Assembly (NCBI RefSeq): GCF_006345805.1 | Contig: NC_043006.1 | Location: forward strand, 81,530,001 to 81,594,000 | From: Octopus sinensis | Taxonomy: Eukaryota | DNA length: 64,000 nt | Direction of reading: 5' to 3' | Part shown: positions 1 through 13,377 of the stretch, in pieces | How positions within the stretch are numbered: the first letter of the stretch is position 1 | Layout: each line of letters opens with the position of its first letter | Notes under the pieces: generated by a model | The model's database searches: none | Seen by the model: only the letters and a program-made list of their open reading frames with translations | Told to the model about the DNA's origin: nothing | Program-made: the position numbers and the translations under genes

Positions 1-87
1 AAAGAAAAGCCAACGGAAAAGACCACGGTAACCTCGGTCAATAAAGTCACATGTTATATTTTTTTACAAATAAGCAACTCTCTGTAC

Positions 88-122
<35 letters not shown>

Positions 123-144
123 TATAGATAGATAGATAGATAGA

Positions 145-790
145 TATGGGGGTCACAAAATAAGCGTAAGTCAGTGTTAAAGGTGGTTCCAGAAATTCCG
201 AGCCGGAAACTACAGCCATGAAGACAAGCCTCGTCCTGGAAAATCTGTAGAGCTCGACGAGGATGTCCTTCAAACCCTGACGGAACAAAATCCCATCGTA
301 ACTGTTGAAGAAATCGCAGAGAAGCTTGGATTTGATCATTCATACAGGCATTCAAGACAGTGCTAGAAGAAAAAATTCCATCTTTGGTTTCAAGACAAAA
401 AGTATTCTTTCTTCAGGATTACGCTTGACTACATACAGCGAAGATGACGTTCCAAAGGCTGGAGCAGTTTGAATGGGAAACGATGCCTCACGCACCATAT
501 ACGCTGGACATTGCTCCATCTGATTATCATTTATTCCACAGTCTTCAAATTCCTTTGGACAGAAAAAATATGAAATCTGTAGACGAGGTCAGAACAGTAC
601 TGGAGGAGTATTTTTCGTCACGGACAAGTAAACTTTGAAAGAGGGGCCTTTCAAGTTTTCCAGATAGATGGAAAAGAATTGTAGAAAATGAATGAGAGTA
701 TATTTTAGATTTAAAAAAAGAAGGTTGTTTATTCTAATTTTTAAAAATAAAAGTATCAAAAAATAGCATTATTTATGGGATGATCCAATA
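145..790 (+). mobile_element. Mariner (DD34D) transposon remnant, internally deleted, with 3' terminus
   Basis: 184-342 translates WFQKFRAGNYSHEDKPRPGKSVELDEDVLQTLTEQNPIVTVEEIAEKLGF (mariner HTH region). ORF 444-638 contains PHAPYTLDIAPSDYHLFHSLQ, matching the YSPDLAPSDY motif. In-frame stops are present. The element ends ...GGGATGATCCAATA followed by TA. Confidence 0.9.
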
Positions 791-794
791 TATA

Positions 795-960
795 TATATA
801 TATACAAAATGGGACAAGAACGCAAAACATCCGGACAGATAGGTGATACAAAAATGGGACAACAAAACATCCAGATAGACGATACAAAGAAAACAAGAAC
901 GGGTCATTCGAAGTTTTCTTTCCTCAGTCGAGTTCCAGATTATCTTCGCAATTTCAGCTA
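795..960 (-). mobile_element. Probable Penelope-like element terminal fragment
   Basis: Minus strand carries CTGAGGA...CGAA followed by a T-rich run, the layout of PLE 3' ends. Family assignment is from recall. Confidence 0.4.
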
Positions 961-987
961 ATAACAACAACAACAACAATAATAATG

Positions 988-1040
<53 letters not shown>
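960..1040 (+). repeat. (AAC)n/(AAT)n microsatellite
   Basis: Seen directly. Confidence 0.95.
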
Positions 1041-1045
<5 letters not shown>

Positions 1046-1049
1046 TATT

Positions 1050-1321
1050 AATACTCTTTTACTTGTTTTAGTCATGTGACTGTGGCCATGTTGGAGCACC
1101 GCCTTTAGTCGAACAAATTGACCCCCAGGACTTATTCTTTGTAAGCCTAGTACTTATTCTATCGGTCTCTTTTGCCGAACCGCTAAGTACGGGGGAAGGT
1201 CGTAATCACACCACGGTTGTCAAGTGATGTTGGAGGGACAACACAGACACACAAACATATATGCACACCAACACACACACACACCACACACACACCACAC
1301 ACACACACACTATATATATAT

Positions 1322-1366
<45 letters not shown>

Positions 1367-1428
1367 ACGGTCTTCTTTCAGTTTCCGTGTACCAAATCCA
1401 CTCACAAGGCTTTGGTCGGCCTGAGGCT

Positions 1429-1475
<47 letters not shown>

Positions 1476-1530
1476 TGGGGGTCACACAATGGCTAAGGGG
1501 TCACACCTTGGCTAAGGTGCATGCAGTGTA
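1050..1530 (-). mobile_element. SINE family A (tRNA head, CORE-like domain, internal microsatellite), interrupted by (GATA)n
   Basis: Reverse complement of the full copy at 56445-56850. 3' half at 1050-1255, (CA)/(TA)n at 1260-1362, 5' half from 1365. Confidence 0.85.
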
Positions 1531-2424
1531 GTGCTTTTTTTTTCTGTAGAGCAACATGTGGGAAACAAAGTCTGTTGAACCGAGCAACAATAACAACCAC
1601 ATCAACAGCCAACACTGTTTTTTTTTTGTGTGTGTGTATGTTTTTTTTTTTTTGCTTTCGTTTTTGCAGTTTAGTTTTTTTTTAAAACCCAGGCTAGGAC
1701 TGATCGAACAGTTATATAATTAAAGGTATTCAAGCCGTGACGAGACGATCTTGTTTGCTTCCTGTGTGAAAGGTAACCAAAGATAATTATATTCTGATGT
1801 GATTTTCTTTACTTTTTTTTTTGTTTTTTTGACAAAACCGAATGAAATGTGAGGAAGATTTGTTGTTATTTCTAGTAAGGTCAAGCTACTATGTAGAGGC
1901 GTCTACTTGGTTCTTATTTGTGAAGTGGGCGATAAGAGGAGGTGGAAGTCATTGAAACAAAGCAACAAAAAAGAACCTTTAAAAAAATCTATGGTGGAAG
2001 GGAATAATGGTAATAAATAGTATTTATAAAACAGTGGCTAAAGTAAGAAATATAAAGAGAGGAGAAGACGGAATGGAAACTTTATAACGAGTGAAAGCTA
2101 AGAGTAGTGTGAGAGTGAAAGAGAAAGAGATATGGAGTGCGAGAGAGAGAGAGAGAGAGAGAGAGAAAATGAGGGGTAGAAGTAAATGAGAAAGAGAAAG
2201 TGCGAAGGATGAAAGAAGGGATGAAAGATAGAGGTAGAGTAAAGCGATTAAAGAAAAGAAAAGAGAAAGAAAAAGCTAGGAAGAGAGAAAGAAGATGAAA
2301 AAGTGATGGGGAGATAATGCAAAAGAGATAGGTAAACTGGAGGAATGGAGACAAAGAAGTGATGATACATGCATCCATATATACATACATACATACACAC
2401 ACGTATATATCTTATATAAGTACC

Positions 2425-2458
<34 letters not shown>

Positions 2459-2559
2459 GATATATTTACGTAACATGCATACATACATACGTACGTACAT
2501 ACATACATACATACATACATACATACATACATACCACATATATATACGTTCTGTGAAAG

Positions 2560-2995
2560 TGAGAGAAAATAGGAACTTAGAGATAGACAAATAGAGAGAA
2601 AGAAGAAAGAGAGAAGAAGAAGAAGAAAAACAAGGAGAAGAAGAAAAAACAAGGAGGAGAAGAAGAAGAAAAACAAGGAGAAGAAGAAGAAGAAAAAGGA
2701 GGAGGAGAAGAAAAACAAGGAGAAGAAGAAAAACAAGGAGGAGAAGAGGAAGAAAAACAAGGAGGAGAAGAAGAAAAACAAGAAGAAGAAAAACAAGGAG
2801 GAGAAGAAGAAGAAAAACAAGAAGAAGAAGAAAAACAAGGAGGAGAAGAAGAAGAAAAACAAGAAGAAGAAGAAAAACAAGGAGGAGAAGAGAAGAAAAA
2901 CAAGAAGAAGAAAAACAAGAAGAAGAAGAAAAACAAGAAGAAGAAGAAGAAGAGAAGAAGAAGAAGAAGAAGAAGGGGGAGGAAGAGGAGAAGGA
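2560..2995 (+). repeat. GAA-based compound minisatellite (GAAGAAGAAAAACAAG[GAG]) within a 1.4-kb purine-rich tract
   Basis: Seen directly; unit length varies and the reading frame is not preserved. Confidence 0.9.
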
Positions 2996-3499
2996 GAGAT
3001 TAAATAAAATCATGATCGGAAGTGTGAGGAGTTGTATAGAGAAAAAATTAAATTCATAAAATAATAGGGACGGAGAAATCACATACATGAAAACAAAACA
3101 GTCAGTCTTGTAAGAAATGAAGAAGACGATAAGAATGATAGCGAGAGAAGGAGGAAAGAAAGAAAAAAGAAACGATAAAAATGGATGACAAATACTTAGT
3201 AAGAAAATAGAGATAGACAGTGAGAGATATATATATTGGGACAGAGGGTCAGAATGAAAAAAAATACTAAAAGAATACGAGAAATAACGAGAGAATAGAT
3301 CAGAGAGAAAGGGGTTATAGAGAGGAAAGAACATGTGAGGAGTAGATAGCGAGATAGATAGATAGAGAGAGAGAGGGAGGACAGAGGGAGGGAGAGAAGG
3401 AGTAAAGGAGAAATTGATGAAGGAAGAGACGTGAGGAGGAAGAACTATGAATGGTATGGTAGGAGGAAGGGGAGTGCGTACATGTTATATGAATAGAAA

Positions 3500-3517
3500 T
3501 AAATGTGTGCGCGCGAG

Positions 3518-3554
<37 letters not shown>

Positions 3555-4400
3555 CTATATTTTTATATGTGCGTGTGTTGCTGTTGCCTAGGCGTTTGTG
3601 AGAGCGTGCATGCGTGCGCGCCTGCGCAAGTATGTATGTCTGTGTGTCTGTGTTGGTGCTGATGTGTGTGTATGCGTGTGTGTGTGTGTGTGTGTGTGTG
3701 CTGTGTACGTGTGTGTGTATGTGTAAGTTTACGTATGTAAAATTTTGAGTGCATCCGTTTGTACATTGGTACGTATATCTATGTAGCGGTTACTCTCTGT
3801 GTGTGTATGTGTGTGAGTCCGTTGTGTGTGTACGTGTGTGCGTGTTCTTATGTCCGTTGAGTGTATATATATATACATAATATACATGCGTTTATAGTGT
3901 GTGTGTATGTGTGTGTGTATCTATACTGTGTGGCAGTGTCCGTTGTGTGTATGCGTCTGCGCACGCGTGTTTGTGTGTCTGTGTGTATGTGCTGTGTACG
4001 TGCGTGTGTGTATGTGCATCTATTGTACCAACGAGTGTCCGTTGCGTGTATGTGTGTGTGTTCGTATACATGCGTTTGTGCGCGCGGCGCGTATATGTGT
4101 GTGTGTGTGCATGTGTGTGTCCGTTGTATGTACATACACGTGTCTAGAGAGTGTACATGTGTACGTGTGTATATGTATGCTTGTAATCGTCTGTACCGCG
4201 GCGGTCCGTTATGTATACGCGTATGAGCGTGTGTGTGCGCGCGTGTGTGTGAGTGTCTGTTCTGTGTTCGTGTGTCTGTTGAATGTATATACACTCGAGA
4301 TGGTGTTGCCGTTGTATGCGTATGCGTATGGTGTATGTGTGTGCGTATGGGTTAGTGTGTCCGCTACTGTTCAGTGCGTGTGTGTAAATGAGAGAAAGCG
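3500..4400 (+). repeat. Degenerate (GT)n cryptic array
   Basis: Seen directly. Confidence 0.9.
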
Positions 4401-4562
4401 TCAGGTTTATGGTGTTTCTCTCTCCGTTGTTCGTTTGAACAAATCGAATTTGTTAGTCTTATAATGAGGCGAGCGAACGGTTGGTAAAAACTGTGTTGGA
4501 CATAATTTTATCTACCGTGTGTGTGTATATATATATATATATATAAATATATACACACACAG

Positions 4563-4593
<31 letters not shown>

Positions 4594-5071
4594 CATTTAT
4601 ACACACACATATATATATATATATATATACATATATACATATACCTACATATATATATATTGTTGTTGTATTTTCTTGCACCTCTTCCATCTTCAAACAC
4701 TGGATCTCCACAGGATATCTATCTGTTAAGCTGTTCCTTGCTGGTTCGAATCTAACAATAACAGCTAAATTAATGTAAATATTACTACATCCGAGATATC
4801 ATCACATCCAGTAAGTCACTAACAAGTTGTTTATTATTATTATTATTATATTATTATTATTATTATTATTATCATTACTATTTTTATTATTATTATTTGC
4901 TCTCTCTTTCTCCTCCCCCATCTCTCTCGCTTTTTTTTTCTTCTCCTTTCGGCTTCCTTATTTTTTCGCTTTTTTTTATTTTGCTTCATTAGAAGCAGAC
5001 GATGATGTGATAAGGATGTTGGTTTATAGCAGTATTTAAATACTAATGAATACTATTTATTAGTAATAACG

Positions 5072-5127
<56 letters not shown>

Positions 5128-5352
5128 CGTTTTTAACAGAAGTACAAGGCCACATTATTTTCATTTTTGTTTGTGTGTGCGGGTGGGGTCAGTGAGGGTA
5201 TAGCACCTCAGCTCTTGTACTTTATTTCTTTACTTTACCGACTCTACCCCACGCTTCCGCAAGAAGGGTGGAAGACAATGTTTAATCTCGCTGGTATTTG
5301 AACTCAGAACGTAATGAGCGTTAACTACCACAGCGTATTCTACCGATTCGAC

Positions 5353-5388
<36 letters not shown>

Positions 5389-5515
5389 TGATGATGATTA
5401 TGTCTTTTACTGACCACAACGGCCCAAAATTTGACACCAGTAGAAGGACACGAAATACCTAAATACCTACCTTCCCACATACCTACCTACTTACCTACCT
5501 CCCTACATACATACA

Positions 5516-5548
<33 letters not shown>

Positions 5549-6975
5549 GCATGCATAGACAGACAGACAGACAGACGGACAAACAGAGGCATATATATGT
5601 ATATATAACAGGAAACGTCTGTATTGTAAAACTGTTACAAATAGCACCCAATTATCCCCTCCACTATCGCCATCTCCTACCGAAAAATAATAATAGTAAT
5701 AAATAAATAAATAAATAAATAAATAAAATAATGTTCTACCATCTTAAAAAAGAAATATTGAGCACATGTTATATAATGTTGTCTGAGGTACACTATGCCT
5801 TTTTTAAAAAAATATAAACGAGAGATGGTCAAAGCTAGAAAGCTTTCCTATAATGGGTCTGAAGGGTTTAAATTTGACCTGTGGCTAAAAAAAAAAGAAG
5901 AGAAAAGAAAAGAAAAAGAGAAAGAAACAACTGCAGTTACTTTATTTACATCCTGCAAAAAGAATGCAAAAGCAACAACAGCAACAGCAACAACAACAAT
6001 AACGGTTTATTTTATGAAAACAACAATAATAATAATAATTAATAATAATAATAATAATCGTTTTTAACAGAAGTACAAGGCCACATTATTTTCATTTTTG
6101 TTTGCGTGTGCGGGTGGGGTCAGTGAGGGTATAGCACCTCAGCTCTTGTACTTTATTTCTTTACTTTACCGACTCTACCCCACGCTTCCGCAAGAAGGGT
6201 GGAAGACAATGTTTAATCTCGCTGGTATTTGAACTCAGAACGTAATGAGCGTTAACTACCACAGCGTATTCTACCGATTCGACTAATAATAATAATAATA
6301 ATAATAATGATGATGATGATTATGTCTTTTACTGACCACAACGGCCCAAAATTTGACACCAGTAGAAGGACACGAAATACCTAAAATACCTACCTTCCCA
6401 CATACCTACCTACTTACCTACCTCCCTACATACATACATACATACATACATACATACATACATACATACATACATACATACATGCATGCATAGACAGACA
6501 GACAGACAGACGGACAAACAGAGGCATATATATGTATATATAACAGGAAACGTCTGTATTGTAAAACTGTTACAAATAGCACCCAATTATCCCCTCCACT
6601 ATCGCCATCTCCTACCGAAAAATAATAATAGTAATAAATAAATAAATAAATAAATAAATAAAATAATGTTCTACCATCTTAAAAAAGAAATATTGAGCAC
6701 ATGTTATATAATGTTGTCTGAGGTACACTATGCCTTTTTTAAAAAAATATAAACGAGAGATGGTCAAAGCTAGAAAGCTTTCCTATAATGGTCTGAAGGG
6801 TTTAAATTTGACCTGTGGCTAAAAAAAAGAAGAGAAAAGAAAAGAAAAAGAGAAAGAAACAACTGCAGTTACTTTATTTACATCCTGCAAAAAGAATGCA
6901 AAAGCAACAACAGCAACAGCAACAACAACAATAACGGTTTATTTTATGAAAACAACAACAATAATAATAATAATT
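5128..6975 (+). repeat. Near-perfect tandem duplication, period about 931 bp
   Basis: CGTTTTTAACAGAAGTACAAGGCC starts at both 5128 and 6059. Copies differ mainly in homopolymer and microsatellite lengths. Confidence 0.95.
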
Positions 6976-7469
6976 GCTTTCTTAACTCTGGGAGCACTGC
7001 CCGGCCCCAAGCGGGAAATACATAACAGAAATCGCTGCGAACAAGCATGATGTGAATGTACATACACATACACTAAATTGCAAGGCGGGTGCTTCCACGG
7101 GGTGGCTTGATTTGCTTGGCAATAGCAGCCAGAATCACCTTCAGGTGCACACCTTGCCGTCTTATATAACGGACAGGTCACATTAGATAATGCAGTTATC
7201 ATCCTATAACGGTCGATAATGTTGTCATCCAATAAGGCGGGTGGGGGTTGGTGGTCGTGGCTGGAATAGGTTTGTTCATAAAGTTTGCTCGATCATGGTT
7301 TGACCTAGGGCTAAAAACGACGACGACGATGACAACAACACAGCAACAGCAACAACAATGTAAAAAAAAAGTCATGAGGTCAGGTCACACTGCGGAGCGT
7401 CGGACGAAAATACCTTGTGTTATTTAATGTGCATAACGCCCTTGTCTGTCTGTCTGTCTGTCTCTTTCT

Positions 7470-7623
7470 CTCAAAGTTCTGAGTTCAAATCTTGTCGAGA
7501 TCGACTTTATCATTCACCCTTTCGAGGTCGATAAATTAAGTACCAGTTGAGCATTAGGATCAATGTAATCGGCTGGCCCTTTACCCCCACCAGATTTCAG
7601 GTTCTGTGCCTATAATAGAAAGG

Positions 7624-7674
<51 letters not shown>

Positions 7675-7675
7675 G
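7470..7675 (+). mobile_element. SINE family B, 5'-truncated, with (TAT)n tail
   Basis: GAGTTCAAAT B-box and CCTTTCGAGGTCGATAAATTAAGTACCAG core, as in the full copies. Confidence 0.75.
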
Positions 7676-8277
7676 TTAATATTGTTTGATGTTGTTGTTC
7701 TTCTTATTATTATTTGTAGCCCCACCCACGTTTTTTATTCAATTTCGTAGAACAAGGTGGTAGATGGAGGGTGTAGTCGCTCATATTGAATCCAGTTTTA
7801 AACTGGTATTTATCATACGAATCATGTTCGCCTAAAGAACTAAAACAAGTCTATTGTTGATATTACGAAGTCGTTGCTATTGTTGCAATTATTATTTTTT
7901 AGCTCCTTGTCGACGCTGATGGAGTCGACTAACATTCAAACCGTGACTGTCCCGGCAGGAACTCAAGATGTATGTTTTTGCTTTTTTGGTTTGAAGGCAA
8001 TAGGGTGTGATTTGAAGAAAATTTGGCTGCTATTTCTAGCATGTCGAATGACAGCGTATAGGCATCTTCGTTGCCTCGGTATTTGCGAGTTGAATAACGG
8101 TAGCGTGTGGATTCAGCAGAATCGCTGGGGCGTCGGACAATATAACTTGCAGTGTTTGCTTCGCCCCCTTTACTTCAGGAGTTCAAATCCCTCCGAAGTC
8201 AACATCGTTTTCTTTCCGGATTCGATAAATAAATAAATAAATAAAAAACAATGAAATTCTCTGGAATCAAAGGCATG

Positions 8278-8484
8278 TCAGAAATACTTGTTATATAAAG
8301 TGGACAATACTGAATGGCTTGAGAGCAAACACTTTCCTCTTCGGCCAACATCACCCGTCGGTTTCTTCAAGTTCCACGTGATGGAGATGAGGGGAGTGCA
8401 TCTCTTCTGTATGTGTTCTGACAGTTGAGAGAGTGTGACATGTATGGCCCGAGTATGGCCATACACGTCACTTTCAGAATACCC
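8278..8484 (-). CDS. Candidate terminal coding exon, unknown protein
   Basis: Acceptor TTGTTCAGCCTACAG followed by a phase-0 open frame GYSESDVYGHTRAIHVTLSQL...NKYF*; locally elevated GC; no family recognised. Confidence 0.2.
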   Translation of the reverse strand, partial: GYSESDVYGHTRAIHVTLSQLSEHIQKRCTPLISITWNLKKPTGDVGRRGKCLLSSHSVLSTLYNKYF

Positions 8485-9225
8485 CTGTAGGCTGAACAAC
8501 ATAACATATCCAGGAACATTTTCCCTAAGTAGCAGAGCATTTTCCCTTAGTAGTAACGGAGGATGCGGGATCTATTTAACTGTTCCTCTGTCAGAATACA
8601 TTTATTTCTTCTTTATTTCCGCGTTTTGTTTACACTATTTCTGTCTGGTTGAAGTTACCTTCTCATACAATTTGTTTTTGTTTTTTTTCTTTCTAATTCT
8701 CGATTTAGATAAACCAACTCATCATCGCTTATGTAATTTATCGTTGTAATGTTCCTTCGTTTGTGGTTGTTGTGGCAAAAATAAAGAAATCATAATTAAT
8801 GCGAATGTTATGATTAATAATGGTTCGTATACGTAACAGCATGCAATCACACGATCATAGATGTACGTACATGCGTCTATCAATATATGCGTACATAGGT
8901 TACTTGCATAAAAACATACGAGCACTCATCGATCCATTCATCCATTCATCCATCTGTTCGTCCGTCTATCCATCCTTCCATCCATCCACCCTTCAATCAA
9001 TACATACATATACATGCGCATACATACACACATAAATACATACATACATACATACACACATACATACATACATACATACATACATACATACATACACACA
9101 TACATACATACATACATACATACATACGTATACATGCTTACATACATATATAGAAGCGTACGAATATACGTATGCAAACATTACATTAAGCTTCTTGGAC
9201 AGACAGACAGAAGTAATAATACGTG

Positions 9226-9256
<31 letters not shown>

Positions 9257-9503
9257 TGTGTGTGTGTGTGTGTGTATTTGCTTAACTATGAATCTGTATA
9301 TTTGCAGATATCTCTGAAAAAGCCTTATGTGTTCATATGTGTCTGCTTGTCCTCGCTGGTTTACGAAATTATATAATGTGTACACACTATACACACAGCA
9401 AACATTACACAATTTCTTTACTCGTAATAACTATATATAAATATATATATAAATATATGTTCCAGCATTTATATACGCGCTGCTGTATATATTTACATGC
9501 ACG

Positions 9504-9572
<69 letters not shown>

Positions 9573-9668
9573 ACACACATACATACACACATACGCGTAT
9601 ACGCACCCAGCTCTCCCTCTCTCATTCATTCATTATCTATACATTAAGTATGCGGGTGTATGTCATAC

Positions 9669-9717
<49 letters not shown>

Positions 9718-10191
9718 AGTTTATTTTGTCTCTCTGTCTTATCTCATGGTGCGATATGAACATTTTAGGTGGTTTTTAGAGTCAGGGTTTGACTGCTATT
9801 TCGGCATGGTGGTATCTCTCAGATACCCTTATTTATAGTTGTAAAAAATTACTACTTGATATTTATACATATTCATATGTATATCTATCTATGTATGTGT
9901 GTGTATGTGTATCTATGTGTCCACACACACACACACACACACTCATGTATATCATGCTTTGGAATTGGTGTGGAAAGGAACGGGGAGGTTGTGACATTTC
10001 TTCTGTTTTCAAGGACATACAATATAAATTGTGTCTGTCCGTCTGTCTCTGTTTATGTGTGAATGTAATGTGTACGAAAGCGTCTGTGAACAGCTCCCTC
10101 CGTAATATCTCTGCCGTATAGACAGACAGACAGACTGCCAGACACATGAATGCAGTTGGCGTATTTATATTACCTTCTCGCTCGTGTAAAT

Positions 10192-10452
10192 AAGGCACGT
10201 GGTTTAATGGGGCAGGTTATTCGGCTCACAGTCGTAAGTAAGGTCGTGAGTTCGATTCCTGCCGGCGCGTTGCTTCAGTCAACACAGCTGTCAAAAAATG
10301 AGTATTTGGAAGGGCCAGCCAGCCTTCTCACGTTCTGTGTCACGCTGTAAGTTCCTGAGAGCTACATTAAATTAAAGGTACGCGTGTTTGCGGGGAGCTC
10401 AGCCACTTGCCCGTTGATTTCACGAGCAGGCTGTTGTTCCGTTGACGGAGTG
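10192..10452 (+). mobile_element. SINE family D, internally deleted
   Basis: GGTCGTGAGTTCGATTCC B-box and the CTCAGCCACTTGC...CACGAGCAGGCTG 3' module shared with 59845-60165. Confidence 0.8.
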
Positions 10453-10534
10453 CTGGTTTTAGGTGCTCGCACGAGCGCGGGTATGAAAACATGTGCGCTT
10501 ACATAAACGGGTACATTGAGACAACTATAAACAC

Positions 10535-10566
<32 letters not shown>

Positions 10567-10734
10567 TCACTCGCACAAACACAGGCACAAACTTACACTC
10601 AGATACTCAAATATTCACACAATGTGTTTCGATATGTAATTGTACACATGCATACGCATGAATATTCGGGCGATTATGTGTATGCTGTCTGTATAAACAC
10701 TCACACACGCGCACTCTGCCACACTCACATACAC

Positions 10735-11290
10735 ACGTATACATACATACATACGTACAAACATACATACATACATACATACATACGTACAAACATACAT
10801 ACATACATACATACAAACATACGTACAAACATACATACATACATACATACATACAAACATACATACATACATACATACATACATACACACATACATACAT
10901 ACATACATACATACATACGTACACACACACATACATACATACATACAAACATACGTACAAACATACATACATACATACATACATACATACACACATACAT
11001 ACATACATACATACATACATACACACACACATACATACATACATACATACATACATCATACATACATACATCATACATACATACATACATACATACATAC
11101 ATACATACATACATACATACATACATACATACATACATACATACACACACACACGCACACACACACACACACACACATACATACATACATACATACATAC
11201 ATCATACATACATACATACATACATACATACATACATACATACATACATACATACATACGCATAAATTCATACATACATACGTACATACA
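10735..11290 (+). repeat. (TACA)n array
   Basis: Seen directly. Confidence 0.95.
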
Positions 11291-11875
11291 TAGGCGTGGA
11301 GTGGCTGCGTGGTAAGTAGCTTGCTTCCTAACCACATGGTTCCGGGTTCAGTCCCACTGCACGGCACCATGGGCAAGTGTCTTCTACTATAGCCTCGGTC
11401 CGACCAAAGCTTTGTGAGTGGATTTGGTAGATGGAAATATACATACATGTATGTATGTATGTACGTATGTACGTATGTATGTATGTATGTATGTATGTAT
11501 GTATGTATGTATGTATGTATGTATGTACGTACGTACGTACGTATGTATGTATGTACGTACGTATGTATGTATGTATGTATGTATGTATGTATGTATGTAT
11601 GTATGCATGTATGTATGTATGTATGTATGTATGTATGTATGTATGTATGTATGTATGTATGTATTATGTATGTATGTATGTGTGTATGTATGTATGTTTG
11701 TGTGTGTGTTTATTCCGCAACATTACTTGACAACCGACGCTGGTGTGTTTACGTCCCCGTAACTTAGCGGTGCGGCAAAAGAGTCCAATCGAATATGTCA
11801 TAGGGTCGATTTGCTTGACTAAAGACGGTGCCCCAGTATGGCCGCAGTAAAATGACTGGAACAAGTAAAAGAATA
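11291..11875 (+). mobile_element. SINE family A, full length, internal microsatellite expanded to about 250 bp of (TATG)n
   Basis: Head TAGGCGTGGAGTGGCTGCGTGGTAAG, B-box GGGTTCAGTCCC, CCATGGGCAAGTGTCTT CORE-like segment, tail GGTGCCCCAGTATGGCCGCAGT. Confidence 0.9.
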
Positions 11876-11939
11876 CATGTGTGTGTGAGTGTGTGTGTGT
11901 GTAGGCTGACTATATATGATCGTATGTACGACCCTAATA

Positions 11940-12135
11940 CATCTGTCTGTCTGTCTATGTACATACATACATGCACATACATACTTACATACATGCATAC
12001 ATACATACATACATACATACATACATACAAAAATACCCTATTGTTGATGTTGAAATTCCAATGAAGGAGCCTTGGATCTAGGTTAGAAACCGGATCTTTC
12101 TCCTTTGGCAAGAAACCTTGAAATAAACTGAACAC
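11940..12135 (+). mobile_element. Isolated 3'UTR of the R4/Dong-type LINE with (TACA)n
   Basis: 12025-12135 matches the reverse complement of 46140-46250. Confidence 0.8.
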
Positions 12136-12719
12136 TCACATACATACATACAAATACAATGTATGTTTATAAACTCGAATATATATAATGATAACTGAAA
12201 CACTCACACACACACACACACACATAAACATACACATTTGTGTAAACAATTCTACACGCGTTGATGCATTTCATCGTATGTCTTTGGAACGGAGCGAACT
12301 TGCGTCTTTGCAGCAAAAACCGCATCAGTGTACGTACACTTACACTTAGACACATAGGCACACATGCAAACGCACACACTCACACACATGTTCAATAAGA
12401 CACGTAAGCACACACACACACAGGCACTTAGACATAAACACACACACATACACACTTATATAAACACACACTACTTTTATATAATTTTCGCATAGATTGA
12501 TAAACACACATCCGACCAATATACATACATACATACATACATACATACATACAGGCGTACGTACATACACATACATTAATACAAACACAATGACTTCAAA
12601 AACATCCAATATGTGTACTAAACTGAGAGAAATACACAAACACATACACACATCATACACACACACACACATACTCGTATATATAGTTTATATATCGTAT
12701 ATATATGATTGATTGGTAG

Positions 12720-12746
12720 ATAGACACACAGACAGACAGACAGACC

Positions 12747-12839
<93 letters not shown>

Positions 12840-12864
12840 GAAGATAGATAGATAAATAGATAAG

Positions 12865-12935
<71 letters not shown>

Positions 12936-12977
12936 ATAGATAAGAAGATAGATAGATAAATAGATAAGAAGATAGAC

Positions 12978-13034
<57 letters not shown>

Positions 13035-13101
13035 TATAGATAAGAAGATAGATAGATAAATAGATAAGAAGATAGATAGATAAATAGATAAGAAGATAGA
13101 C

Positions 13102-13167
<66 letters not shown>

Positions 13168-13225
13168 GAAGATAGATAGATAAATAGATAAGAAGATAGA
13201 TAGATAAATAGATAAGAAGATAGAC

Positions 13226-13274
<49 letters not shown>

Positions 13275-13275
13275 T
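12720..13275 (+). repeat. (GATA)n array with recurring AATAGATAAGAA variant blocks
   Basis: Seen directly. Confidence 0.95.
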
Positions 13276-13377
13276 TACATCATCTACTTTCATTCTCAAA
13301 TAATGTAGACGCAAGCTCGCGCACTCACACTCACACGCGCGCGCGCAGACACACACATGTATAAACGTTGCATCTAC

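Noticed and set aside
2248-3334. 210-aa and 352-aa Phe/Leu/Ser-rich ORFs
   Set aside because: Antisense reading of the GAA-rich purine tract.
4660-4770. Minus-strand [23 protein letters not shown]
   Set aside because: Short, no good donor, runs into (TA)n.
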